Positions 11,421 through 23,914 of a stretch of 33,435 nt of DNA are shown piece after piece (within the stretch, counting starts at the first letter, position 1; every line of letters begins with the position of its first letter). This stretch comes from Chiloscyllium plagiosum. Taxonomy: Eukaryota. The stretch is from the NCBI RefSeq assembly GCF_004010195.1, contig NC_057718.1, forward strand, positions 13,809,249-13,842,683. The letters are read 5' to 3'. The position numbers and the translations under genes were made by a program. The notes beneath the pieces are model-generated. The model worked only from the letters and a program-made list of their open reading frames with translations, did no database searches and had not been told where the DNA came from.

Positions 11421-12422
11421 TAAATTGAGAGTGCTGGAATATTTGGTTAAGGTGGGCTGTGATAGGATTTGAAGGTGTAGATCATCCTGAATAAGCATTT
11501 TTGCATTGAAGTTAAAGAAGCTTAACAAGGATAGGGGAAATGACTGTACATGGTAGAATGTATTGTTACGGTACGTGCAACACTGGCAAATTTGTATTTA
11601 TTGCTACTCTTTGAGAAAGTGGAACTCCACAGTCTTTGTGATTGTGCTGATCCTATGATTGTATTATGTAAAGAGTTTCAGGACATTGGAGCTAGATATT
11701 TTTGTCAGATCAATGATTCAGTCCTATAAGGTAATGCCCAGCTCTGGAGAAAATGCAAAGACTCTATGGTAAAAATTATTGTTCGCTATTATCTTCATGA
11801 ACTATGGTTAATTATGCTGAAATTCTGTGGTTTGCACCAAAACACTCCGGAATGATTCTCAAATTAGCACAAGCCTGAGATAATTACACCAATAACAACG
11901 TGCAGAAGAAATCAAAAGATCTCAGATTGTGTTCAGTTGAACTTTTTTTTGTTTTCTCGTGTTTTTATTTTTTTTTCCCATTTGGGTTCAATATTCAACA
12001 ACATAAAGGTAATGAAAATTACTTCCATCTGAATGGCTGCAAATTAATCTCTGAACAGTTGATAGTGTAATTTATATGGTGGGATTGATAGACTTGTATT
12101 TAATATTTTGAATTATTTCAATGAATAAAAACAACATTTTATTGTGTTTGTTGAAATTGTGTATTCGCTGAGCTAGAATTAGTTGTTTGTAAGATCATTT
12201 TTACTTATGAATAGTTTGCTTACAACCATGGCCACTTTTAAAACTAAGAAAGCTAGCCTGGTTTGAAGAGCTGGATGTTTCTTATAACTGGGGAATCATT
12301 TGGAGAATTTTAAACTAGTTGGAATCTCGTTCAGTCAAATCATGATTTAGAAACTAAATAAAACCTATTGCACTGGATTCGCATTCTTGTATGAGTTCAC
12401 TTAACTTATTTGTACTCCACAG

Positions 12423-12564
12423 GGAAGCAATTGTGATGGGTAGCACTGATTTTACAGAAGATGATGTGGAGCGCATTGTGGAGGAGCTTGGGAAAGAATA
12501 CAAGGGGAATGCCTATCATTTAATGCACAAAAATTGCAACCATTTTTCTTCAGCTATATCTGAG
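12423..12564 (+). CDS. DESI2: DESI2 coding exon 4, 142 bp, ends phase 0 at a GC donor
   Basis: Acceptor TACTCCACAG|G. Translates (K)[47 protein letters not shown] with the catalytic Cys motif NCNHF. Boundary GAG|GCAAGT. Confidence 0.95.
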
Positions 12565-13143
12565 GCAAGTACATTGCAACTTACAGAACCAGCCCACAAA
12601 GTTAATTTCATACCAGAATTGTTTTCATTAACTGTTGCATTTCAAATTCACATTATGAACAGCAAAATAACTTCAAATTCATTTACTTAGCCCTTTTTTT
12701 TGCCCATGTCTCTTTCTCTCCAACACCTTCATTCACTCACACTTGCATAATTCAGATGGCAATTGTAATAGCCTTTTCCCTATGTTTTCTTTGTGTATCT
12801 TCTTTTTTAAACATTTAGCATAAAGACATAAGCAATATCAATCAGACCTCTGAATTTTTTGTTTGGCGAAGTTGATCAGCCTTGAAAAAAATGGAGGTAT
12901 ATTTGTTTGCAACGATAATATAAAGCTTTATGTCAATGATGGGTCTAAAAATGTTGAGGATCATTCATGACTCGTCTCGGTTTTAGCAAAAAATGTAGAA
13001 GGTTAGAGAATTGCTGGAAAAAAAGACATGTTGTGAAAGTTTTTCAACTTACACTCATCAGGATAATTTCCAATGGACTAACAATTCACGTACATGATAG
13101 AAGTTGACTATGGTTGAGGCATAACCTGTAGAGAATTTATTTT

Positions 13144-13996
13144 GAATGTAGGTTTGCTCACTGAGCTGAACGGTTCATTTCCAGATATTTCGTTACCTTA
13201 CTCGGTAACATCTTCAGTGGACCTCATGCGAAGCACTGCTGAAAATTCCTGCTTTCTATTTATATGTTTGGGTTTCTTTGGGTTGGTGATGTCATTTCCT
13301 GTGGTGAAGTCACTTCCTGTTCCTTTTCTCAGGAGGTGGTAGATGGGGTCTAACTCGATGTGTTTGTTGATAGAGTTCCGGTTGGAATGCCATGCTTCTA
13401 GGAATTCTCGTGCGTGTCTTTGTTTTGAACCAGTCCTGTTGGCATCATGGTAGCCCACAAATCCAACAACACACTAGAACAGCAGGTAATGAACTTGAAA
13501 GACATTATACAGACAATGAGCAGAACTAACGTCATTTACAAAACACTGTGCAAGGACTATAACAAACATTACATTAGACAAACAGGCAGAAAACAAACCA
13601 CCAGGATAAATGAACACCAACTAGCCACAAAAAGACATGACCCTCTCACTAGTATTCTCACATACGGATGAGGAAGGACACCACTTCGACTGGGACAATA
13701 CGTCCATCCTAGGACAAGCCAAACAAAGACATGCACGAGAATTCCTAGAAGTATGGCATTCCAACCGGAACTCTATCAACAAACATATCGAGTTAGACCC
13801 CATCTACCACCCCCTGAGAAAAGGGACTGGAAGTGACTTCACCACCAGAAATGACATCACCAAGCCAAAGAAACCCAAACATATAAATAGAAAGCAGGAA
13901 TTTTCAGCATAGTAAGGTAATGCAACGTCTGGAAATGAACCTTTCAGCTCAGCAAGAAAACCTAACCTGAGCTACAAATCTTCTCAAAACTCGCTA
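13144..13996. mobile_element. Truncated Penelope-like element, 3' region plus inverted partial copy, 14-bp TSD
   Basis: Plus-strand GIY-YIG remnant NVIYKTLCKDYNKHYIRQTGRKQTTRINEHQ and REFLEVWHS. 13144-~13425 is the inverse of ~13720-13960. AGAGAATTTATTTT occurs at 13130-13143 and 13997-14010. Confidence 0.9.
13181..13220 (-). ncRNA. Minimal hammerhead-ribozyme-like motif (second Penelope family)
   Basis: Minus strand reads CCA-CTGAAGA-T-GTTACC-GAGTAA-GGTAAC-GAAA-TATC-TGG: 3-bp helix I (CCA/TGG), 6-bp helix II, conserved core. Confidence 0.6.
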
Positions 13997-14667
13997 AGAG
14001 AATTTATTTTTAAAAAATATTTTGTAAAAACGATTTAGTATAAACTTGATGGTTAATGAGTCCTTTTCTGACATATGGATGTAGTATGTTGTTTTTGTGT
14101 GTTTGTTTTCCCCTCGAATATTATTTCTATCCCAAAATAATGAAGTCAGTTCTTTAACATTGGTAAGATTGTAGATGATTTGGCGAGGTTTCCTCCCCAC
14201 CACCTGAATCCATAAATACAACAGTGGATACTCAATGGGGATTAGGAGCAGAAAAGCCTGGTCAATTGTCATTCCTAATATGACAATATTGAAACAGTAA
14301 ACCTATTCTATACTTTATTCTTTCATGGGCTGAGAGAGTCAACTGGCAAGACTAGCATCTGTAGCCCAATGATGCTCACAAGTAACCTACTTTAGTTGCT
14401 ACAGTCTTTGTGTAGATATACCCACAATGTTCTGAGGGAGAGTATTCCAGGACTTTGACCGAGTGCCCATAAAGAAATGTTTATATGGTTCCAGTTGGGA
14501 TGGTGTATGGCTTGGAGAACTTGCAGGTGATATGTTTCCATGTGCCTTTTGTCCGTGTCCTTCTGGGTGATTTGATTTATTACTGTCAAGGGTGCCTTAG
14601 TGAGCTGCTGAAATGCTGCTTGTCTGTTATGCGCAGTGGAGGATGTGAATGTTGAAGGGGTGGCAAT

Positions 14668-15207
14668 CAAAGTTTAATATCAAGCCAAATGAAGGGATGT
14701 CAGAACATAGAGCTTGCCAGCAGTGTCTTCAAAAAAAAAAGGTAGAAAATCCTAGAGTTTAGGGCTTAGCATCTGAAAGTACGGCTACCAATAGTAGAGT
14801 GACTAAAACTGAGACAGTCACAGAAAATGCAGGAGAAACTTAGGAAGTCTGTGACAGCATTTGTAGGGAGCGAAAGTCAGTTAACATTTAGAGTCCAACG
14901 TGATTCTTCTTCAGGACTCTAAGTTATCATAACTCTCAAGCACCAGGCAATGAATATCTCTGAGCGAATCCAGCCATCTCCCCTTGACATTCAGTGCTGT
15001 CAGACTTGCTAAGTTTCTCCTGCATTTTCTGTGACTGTCTCAGTTTTAGTCACTCTACTATTGGTAACTGTGCTTTCAGATGCTAAGCCCTAAACTCTGG
15101 AATTTTCTCCCTGAAATTGTCTGCTTTTCTACCTGTTTTTTAAGACACTGCTGGAATGCTCTCTTTATATTCTGATATCGCTTTATTTGGCTCGATATTA
15201 AACTTTG
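14668..15207. repeat. Fold-back inverted repeat, arms ~14668-14860 and ~14995-15207
   Basis: 58-bp perfect inverted match 14786-14843 / 15009-15066 inside longer imperfect arms (CAAAGTTTAATATC ... GATATTAAACTTTG). Confidence 0.93.
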
Positions 15208-15998
15208 TTTAATTTGCTACTCTGATGTGCATGGGGATTTTTTAAATGTTAGTGCTGTTGAATGAAGACTAGCTGTTCGGTCAGCTAACTCAGTGATAGC
15301 ACACAAGCCTGGGACCTTTCTGGATTATTCACTGCATTAATTCAGCATTAATGGTTTCAATATTGTATTGGTTAATGTACATGCAAAGTGTAGAGACTTT
15401 TATTACTTTTTTGGTAACATGTAAAACTTCAATACATTCTGCAAAAGGGTAAATGAAGGTTGGTTTTGTTTGTAGCAAATAAATCAGAAAGGTGGCTTGT
15501 ATTGACACTCTTCTCAATTCATAGCTTTCATTAATTATTGGTAAGTCACATCATGGAGTATGGTCAGTTATATTTGCAAAATGGGCAATCTGTTGGTGCT
15601 TTCAGAAGCAAAGGACTTCTTTTAAAACAAAATGACTGAAGTGGCATTGAAATGCAAATGCATTGGCTTACAATGTACAGTGTGCCAAAGGAATAAATTT
15701 CATATGCAGCAAGTTTCTAATCTCTTATCCTGCTGATGTCTTGTTTAGAGTGAAGACAAACAGCGAATGAGTTTTCCATGGTCGTGTTTGTCCATCACCT
15801 GACAATTTGGTTGAAGAGTAGCGTTGGCCGCTGCCAACAAGGAAATCACATGCTTGGCAGAGAGAATACTATGTGATGTGATCAAACCAGAAATATAGCT
15901 GACAGACTGGAATGCAGAAAATGCTTGCTTCAATGTTTCTTAATTAAAAGAAGTTGGCAGAACTGCAGTAAGTTCATGCTTGGTGGGTCCTGCAGTTG

Positions 15999-16102
15999 CA
16001 CTTTCCTCATTCCTGAAGAAGGGCTTATGCCCGAAACGTCGATTCTCCTGTTCCTTGGATGCTGCCTGACCTGCTGCGCTTTTCCAGCAACACATTTTCA
16101 GC
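15999..16102 (+). mobile_element. Short Penelope-derived insertion with hammerhead-like core and 10-bp TSD
   Basis: CTGAAGA-A-GGGCTTATGCCC-GAAACGTC at 16013-16040; CCTGCAGTTG at 15989-15998 and 16103-16112. Confidence 0.87.
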
Positions 16103-19057
16103 CCTGCAGTTGTAAACTGGCTTGATTTGGTAAATCCACAAAATCTAAATAATATATTTAGCTGCGCCTGCCTAGTGTCTTTTTGACCTTTTTGGCAACT
16201 GTTTATGTCTTTGGTAGCATTGTTACATACAAAAGTAATGTACATGTAATTTGTAGGGGACTTATCCATTCTTGCTGAACGGTTAATATTAAGATTTGTC
16301 AGCTTTGTTGGAAAACATTGTGCAGATGAGGAAGGCCCCAACCAGAATTTATTTGTACTGTCATGCTTATTGCCATATTTTAGGTTTGCTTATAGTTTGG
16401 TGATCTTTATTAAAATCCTGTACAGACCTATAAAAGATTTAGGAAGCAGTTAAACTGTGAGATGAAAGATAATCTAGTACTTTAAAGGCAGCAATATACT
16501 GTTGAGAAGAGAAATGTTTTGGAAATAGTTTAGTATCAACGCTGACTACAAAGTAAGTATATGGATGTCAGTTCAAGTTGCTATACTGATGGTAAGTATA
16601 TACATTTTAATTAATTGTGTTTTTTATTTAAGAAAGAGCTGGAGGGAAAGTGAGATATTTGACTGTCCTGAATGTGACTTTAACTGCTTTTATTGTCTTG
16701 CTGTTTTTGAAGTAAAGGAGAAAGGTGGTACTTTGTATTCCCTCAAAATCAGGGTAGGTTGTTTGGGCTAATAATATAGAACATCAACAAGGCTGAAAGA
16801 GAAGTCAGGGTGAAGATTATTGATTGGAAAGCCCACACCTTTGGTTATAAAATCTCAATTTCTCAATAAATATTTTTCTTAATTTCATTGTCACGAGGCA
16901 TTCCACTGAACTGACCTTTCTAATTTTCCAAGGCAGATTATGCCTTTACTTGTTCAAGTTTTAAATTGTCTCATGAAAGGAGTTCTGGCATGAGCCAAAA
17001 GGGAGGGAGGGAAGGTTAGAAAAGATGTAATGATGTCAATAATATTGCTCCTGTTCAGTCACAATCCTTTGTCGATATTCCAACATGCTATTTTGTATAA
17101 TGGTAAGAAAGACAGGAATATACATTTTCATTCAAAGGCAATGTAGCTTCTTGACAGTTTCTGCCTCTTTGATTTTTTTTTCTCGATGTAATTCTTGTAA
17201 CAAGACAAGGATGAGGTCCTTTGCCTTGAGAGTGAAATCATGCTTTTGATTATCAGATGACCATTCCTTTGTTGTGCTGTTTCAAGATCTTCTTTGAAGT
17301 CATTGTAAGACTTCTAAATGATCACTGATCTAGATGCCAGTTTTAATCAAGACACCCACAAAATCTTTGAAAAATACTTTGTTATATAAACAATTTTCTT
17401 TCAGTTCTCAGTTTAATGCCAAGTTCTAAAAATTCTGTTTGCCAAAATAGCAAATTAAAACAATTAACCATGAAGGTATGTCATAAGCATTTTTTTAAAA
17501 AAATTCATTTCTAACTGTGCAGTGTGGCTGGCTAAAGTGTTTACTTTAAAGCATTTCATTCTGGCCAATTTCCCCACACACTGAATAACCTTAAAGACAC
17601 TGTAAACAATCTGCTTATGTTGCACTGAACTGTAAAGATCTAACATTTTTTAAAAAATAGATAAATGAAATTGATGTGACTTGCATACTTCCTCACAGGG
17701 TATATTTAAATAAAGATTCCCAGGTGGGGTTGGAGCTGTCAAGCCCGGTATTTGTTAACCATTTGTAGCTGAACTGGGGAAAATGGTGTATTTTTGAATG
17801 GCTGCAATCTGCGTAGTTAAAGTGCATCCAAAATACAGTTGGACAGGGAATTCCAAAATATATTAACCTGGTGTTAATGTAGGAACGGTGATTATTTGTT
17901 CAAGTTGGGATGGCATGTGCCTCGGAAACAATAGCATTCACATGTATCTTCTGCCATTATCCTTAAGGTGATTGTAATGATCCCAGATGTTGAGACATTT
18001 TGTTGTCTCCTCAACTTTGGAAGGACACAAAAGTGAACTCCTATTGGATTTGGTTTTTCAATAAACTAATATAGATTGTGTTGACCATTAGAAAGGAAAA
18101 TGAACAATCAACATCACTGTTTTAATCTTTGGTAGTTTAAAAGGTTAACTCCATTAAATGTTAAAACTGCAAACATCTGTTATATGTGAACCTTACACAA
18201 AAAATTGATCCTTTACTCATGGCATACTCTATCTTTAAGTGGCAAGGCTCTCCAGTTATCCCTGTCCTTTTTGGCTTAAGACAGTAGCTACAATTCAAAT
18301 GTTATATACTCTAGTCTCGATACTCTAGGGAAACATCCCAGAAAAAAAGTGATAATGTGTGAAGTAAGCAACTGAATCTGAAATAAAAAAAGAAAACTCT
18401 GGAAGTAGTCAGTAGTTTCAGCAGCATAGATGTACAGACTATGATTAGGATATGGTTTCAGCAGTTGTATAGAATTTACAGCATGGGCAGCTCAAAGATC
18501 TAAGGCAGTGTTCATGCTCAACATGAGCCACCTTCTGCCTTGTTTCACCCAACCCAGCAACATTATCCTTGTATTGCTCCCTCCCTCACTTACTTATTTG
18601 GCTTTCTCTCAAATGCATCTGTGTACTCAACTGCCCATTTTGCCTTCCAAACCATAATGTATATTTTACAGTTGGAAAAGTGCACCATGTATTTGAATTT
18701 AATGCCATGTATATGGTGGCCAGAAATAATTTAAACTATCCTGAATAAAAGTAGTCACATTTGTCACATAATACATAGTCAAGTTCAGTTGATCATCCTT
18801 GTTGGTCACCACTTACCATCACAGAACAAGAGTAGTTTTTACAAATGTATAATTATATAATTGTGTCTTTGCCAAATTTTGGCTTTGCTTTTCAATTATT
18901 ACAGTATTGGAAGCAACTTACTGGTAACTTCCTCTTTTTTGTTTGGTGCAAGTGTTGGTGGAATGCTACATTGGCTTTCAGGTAAGATCCTAAAATGAGC
19001 TTCCACCTGCTTGTTGAGATGAGCATTAGAGAATCCATAAGTGTTGAAAATATCCTG

Positions 19058-21666
19058 GTCATAGAGATGTACAGCATGGAAACAGACCCTTCGGTCCAAC
19101 CCCGTCCATGCCGACCAGATATCCCAATCCAATCTAGCCCCACCTGCCAGCACCCAGCCCATATCTCTCCGTACCCATCCAGATGCCTTTTAAATGTTGC
19201 AATTGTACCAGCCTCCATCACTTCCTCTGGCAGCTCATTCCATACACGTACCACCCTCTGTGTGAAAACATTGCCCCTTAGGTCTTTTTATATCTTGCCC
19301 CTCTCACCCTAAACCTATGCCCTCTAGTTCTGGACTCCCTGACCCCAGGGAAAAGACTTTGCCTATTTACCCTATCCATGCCCCTTATATTTCTGTAAAC
19401 CTCTATAAGGTCACCCCTCAGCCTCCGACGCTCCAGGGAAAACAACCCCAGCCTGTTCAGCCTCTCCTTACAGCTCAAATCCCCCAACCCTGGCAACGTC
19501 CTTGTAAATCTTTTCTGAATCCTTGACAAGAAGTGACTTGTCTGTATTTCCTGTGGATGCCAAACAGTAGGGCAGCATCCCTTTACATGAAAATGATGAT
19601 TATCTATACAAGGTACTAATAACAGTTAGTAAAACTACAATATGCATATTGTAAACACTGATAATCAGATTTGCAACACAACGGAATACTGATCCAAATT
19701 ACATATTTGAAAAAGTCACATTTAAGTGGTAAGCTGAGGGCTCAGAACCAGTTAGATTTATATAATTATTGTCACTTTGCATTTTGCAAATGAGTGACAC
19801 ACAGCATGGTCAGAAATATCAGCAAGAAATCAGAGATGAAGTCTGTAGTACTAATAAATTTTATTAATGATGGACTTGAAACAAGATGCTTGGGATATCA
19901 GCCAGTGTCAGTTAGTTTCAATGGAATGAAAGGGGACTGAGCCTACTAATTGTTCATAAAAAAATAGAAGAGTACAGTTGGCTAGGATTGGGAGATACTG
20001 AAGTAGATAACGGATAAAATATTAACTATCTTCCAACTAAAAGTGATGGGGATATAAAAAAAAATGCTGGGGTTCCATCAATGATTACAGCCAAGATTAC
20101 ATTAAAAATGGCACTAGTTACGTGGAAGCACAGTACAGAAAACAAGTAATGAAAAGTATTGAAAGTAAAAATAGATTTAAAAGATCAAGAGGGACTCTAA
20201 ATATAGTAGTTGCTAGGGGAATTCACAAGAAATTCTAGAACAACGTAGTGAACAGAATCAGAGGATAAGTGGTACATTTATTTGAAGAAGCATCTTGTAC
20301 CTGAAAGTGAAGGAATGGTACACAGTAGTTAATTCTATTGTTAGACAGCTGGCAAAAGTGGGAGCTTGGAACTTCAAAGAGGGATGAAAAATCCATGGAT
20401 GGAGGTAAAGAGTAAAAGTAGTGAAAAAGAAAAAAAAAAACTAAATATATTAAAATGTCCTAACTCACCAATGATCAGAATACCGAAAGGCTAGACTGGC
20501 AAGAAAATAGCAGCAATATTTACCCCAAATTTCCATAACTACTTGGAAATGTAAACTCAGGGTCTGAACAGTGACCAGTTTTACAGCTTTGCCAAGGAAA
20601 GGAATTATAACAGCAAGAACTTATCCAGTAATTAATTTTACCCCACTTGTGCACAAATTTCCACAAAATAATCCAACAAGAGATGATGGATTGGGTATGT
20701 GACACATTGAATTAATTAAGCACAATCACATCTTTTCTGAAAATCAAAGCACTTAAAGGGGAACATAAAGCACATCATAGAATCATAGAAACTCTACTGT
20801 GAGGAAGCAGGCTATTTAGCCCATCAAGTCAGACTACCCCTCCAGACAGCATCCCAACCAGAGCTACTCACCTATCCTATCCCTGTAACCCTGCATTTCT
20901 CTTGGCCAATCCACCCATCCTGTACATCCCCGGACATTATGGACAATTTAGCATAGCCAATCCACTTAATCTGTACATTTCTGAACTGTGGGAGGAAACC
21001 CACGCAGACACAGGAGAATGTGCAAACTCCACACAGCCAGACAGTCTAAAGCACAAATCGGTTAGGACTGTATTTGCCAGAGTTCAGAAGAATTGCTGGG
21101 ATGTGGGGGTTGGGTGATAATCTAATGGAAACCTACAAATTTCTAACAGCTACATATGGTTAATGCAGGAAGGTTGTTCAGGATGGTGGGAATATAGAAT
21201 TGGGGGCACAGTGTAAAGATCTGGGGTGAACTGTTCAGTGCGGACAAGAGGAGAATTTCTTCACCAAGAGTGTGGTGAGTCTGCAGCATTCGTTACCACA
21301 AAGCAGCTAAGGCCAGTAACATTGTATGATTTCAAGGAGTCATTTATAGCACTTGTGGCTAAAGGCATCAAGGTGGGGGATGGGGGAGAAGCAGGAACAG
21401 GCTATTGAGTTGGATGATCAGCCACGATCATAATGAATGGTGGAACTAGCTTGAAGGATTGAACAGCCTACTCCTGCTCCTATTCACTACATCGTGGATG
21501 TAAGAATTCGCCAGGCAATAGTCACTCCAATAGGATCCACTGCTTTCTTCCGTCACGGAGTAACTCATGTACATATGCTGCCTTAAGCTAGAGATTCCTC
21601 ATTTTGTAAGGAATTCATTAACTTAGTGACTTCAGTCTTCCCTATCTCTGATCAAGCTGAGTGCTT
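19058..21666 (-). repeat. Right arm of ~2.6 kb inverted duplication (partner 2451-5082), including copies of the CR1 and SINE fragments
   Basis: Begins GTCATAGAGATGTACAGCATGG and ends GATCAAGCTGAGTGCTT; collinear reverse complement of the left arm. Confidence 0.97.
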
Positions 21667-23509
21667 CTTCCTCCTGAACCAGCATGAAAAGCCTTGTTGG
21701 CCGTTGGATCGTGAGTTCAATTTTTCTTCAGTGATTGCTCTTCTAAAGTAATCACCAACTATGAGCCACTTGGGACATTTTGAAGACCTGGCTACTGCTG
21801 TAAAAATGTAGTTTGTATGTATTTTCCTCTGTGCACTCTATGATTTCTGACATTTCAAATCTAATGGATGTAATCTAATAACTTTGCTGAGGCAAGTTAT
21901 TTGGTAATCTTGTTTATGAACTGAGAAATCTTGATTTGGAACTGTTGTGTTGGGGACATTAAAAGAAATCTATTCTTTGTCTTCAGTTTCATATAAGTTT
22001 TAAAATAATATCTAATGATGTGGAATGTGTTGCTATCTCATTTAATGTAGCTTGTGGCTACAACTGCTTACAAGGGGATTTTTGAACTTGGTCATTGATA
22101 TACAGTCAGAACAGGTCAGGCCATACTTCTCCTGGCAGGATCATTTTACACTCTTTTAAGTCTTGGCAAGTGATTGAAAAGTGGCTCTAGCAGAATTATT
22201 GTCTTTTAATCATGCAGTAATGTATCCAGTACAAAGCACCTTCAGAAAATAGTTCTGATACATACCAGTCAGACTGTGCCTTTTGTTTACACCCAGAAAA
22301 GATTTGGTATTGCATAAAATAAGACAGTCAAGCTTAAGATGTTAAAAATAATTACTGTTGTCATTTTTCACTGGCAAACCACCTAAAGGCTAGCTTGCTG
22401 ATTCTTTGTTTTCCCTGACACATGCTTTTGGGTATGTACTGGTGCAAGCAGCAGCAAGCAGTATAATTACAAAGCATGTGCTAGTTCTTGGCTTGAAGCT
22501 ATCATCCCCACCCCCTTTTGTAGGAATGCCAACCTGGGATCACTGTTTGAATGCACACATTTTCTGAACTCCAAGATGTGATGTTGGATCCGAAGTGCAA
22601 ATTGGACTTTGCAGCTGCCAGTAATCAAGCTTTATGAGTAACACATTTTTATATTACAGGAATAAGATAGGTATGTAGGTTTGGACCTGTGACTATTTAA
22701 TTGTTTTACTACAACAAGCTGACACTTAGGAAGGAAAAGGAGATAAATGCAAGCATATCTGCCTAACTGTCAGCATACCACAATATCTGGGAGTACTGTT
22801 CTGAGTTTAATTTATTCTGTTGAAACTAATGAAGAAGCATTATTCAAATACCACAGAGACTTTGGCTCATCCCTCAAACACTAAGAATCAACTTCAAGGC
22901 TTTCCTCAGCACCATCTCTAGGAACCTGCATGACGCAATAAACAGACTGTACGCAGTATTCTTGGTCTACTTCATCAGACCAGCTGAGACCAGCTGTCAA
23001 TATGTTTGAAAAATCATTCATGAGAGGTGGGGTTCAGTGGAGGGGCAAGCATTTATCGCCTATCCGGAATTCCCCTTGAGAAAGTAGTTGTGCGCTACCT
23101 TCTTGCAGTCCATTTGGTGTTGGCACACCACAGCACTGTCAGGGAGGGAGTTCGAGGCTTTTGATCTAGTGACATTGAAGGAATGGCGATATATTTCCAA
23201 ATCAAGATGGTGTGTAGCTAGGAATGGAACTTCCGGTGGTGATGTTCTCCTGTATCTGCTGTCCTTGTCCTTTTAGATGGAAGTGGTAGTGATTATGAGC
23301 TTGAAAGGTGTTGTCCAAGAATCTTTGGTGAACCTCTTCAGTTCATTTTATAGATCATGCATCTAAAGGTATGAACCATGTGACTTAGCAATATGTCACC
23401 CAGGATCTTTGTTTGCTATGATGTTTTTGAACCACTTTTAAAAGTAATCCTATGGGAGTTAACTATGTATCTTACCATTTTTGTCCAATATTTGTGGTAC
23501 CTTACATTT

Positions 23510-23536
23510 TTATTATTATTATTATTATTATTATTA
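23510..23536. repeat. (TTA)n microsatellite
   Basis: Run of about nine TTA units. Confidence 0.9.
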
Positions 23537-23914
23537 ATCATCTTATACCTTTAATCAGCACAACTATCTCCTTTGAAATGTTTTCTTAAAGTCTCCTGAA
23601 TTCCTCTGATTCTAGACCCTTTTTTGCCCAATGTGACCCCCAAAAAGGTTGATCTGCAACTTTAACTACCTTAAATGGGTTATGAATGTAAGTCAGTAAG
23701 GTAGAGACTAAGATGTCCCAGCAAAGATTTTTCTAAGTGTCCTGTTTGCACATCCTTAACAGTTTCTGGCAATTCCCTACTACTGATCACTGATCTATCT
23801 GTTGTTCCATGTTTTCTCTTTCTCTCATTTCTTAAACAGCAGTGTTACATTTGTAACTTTCCAATTCTAGAATCTAGGCAGTTCTAAAATATCTAAACCA
23901 ATGTAAACAGTAAA

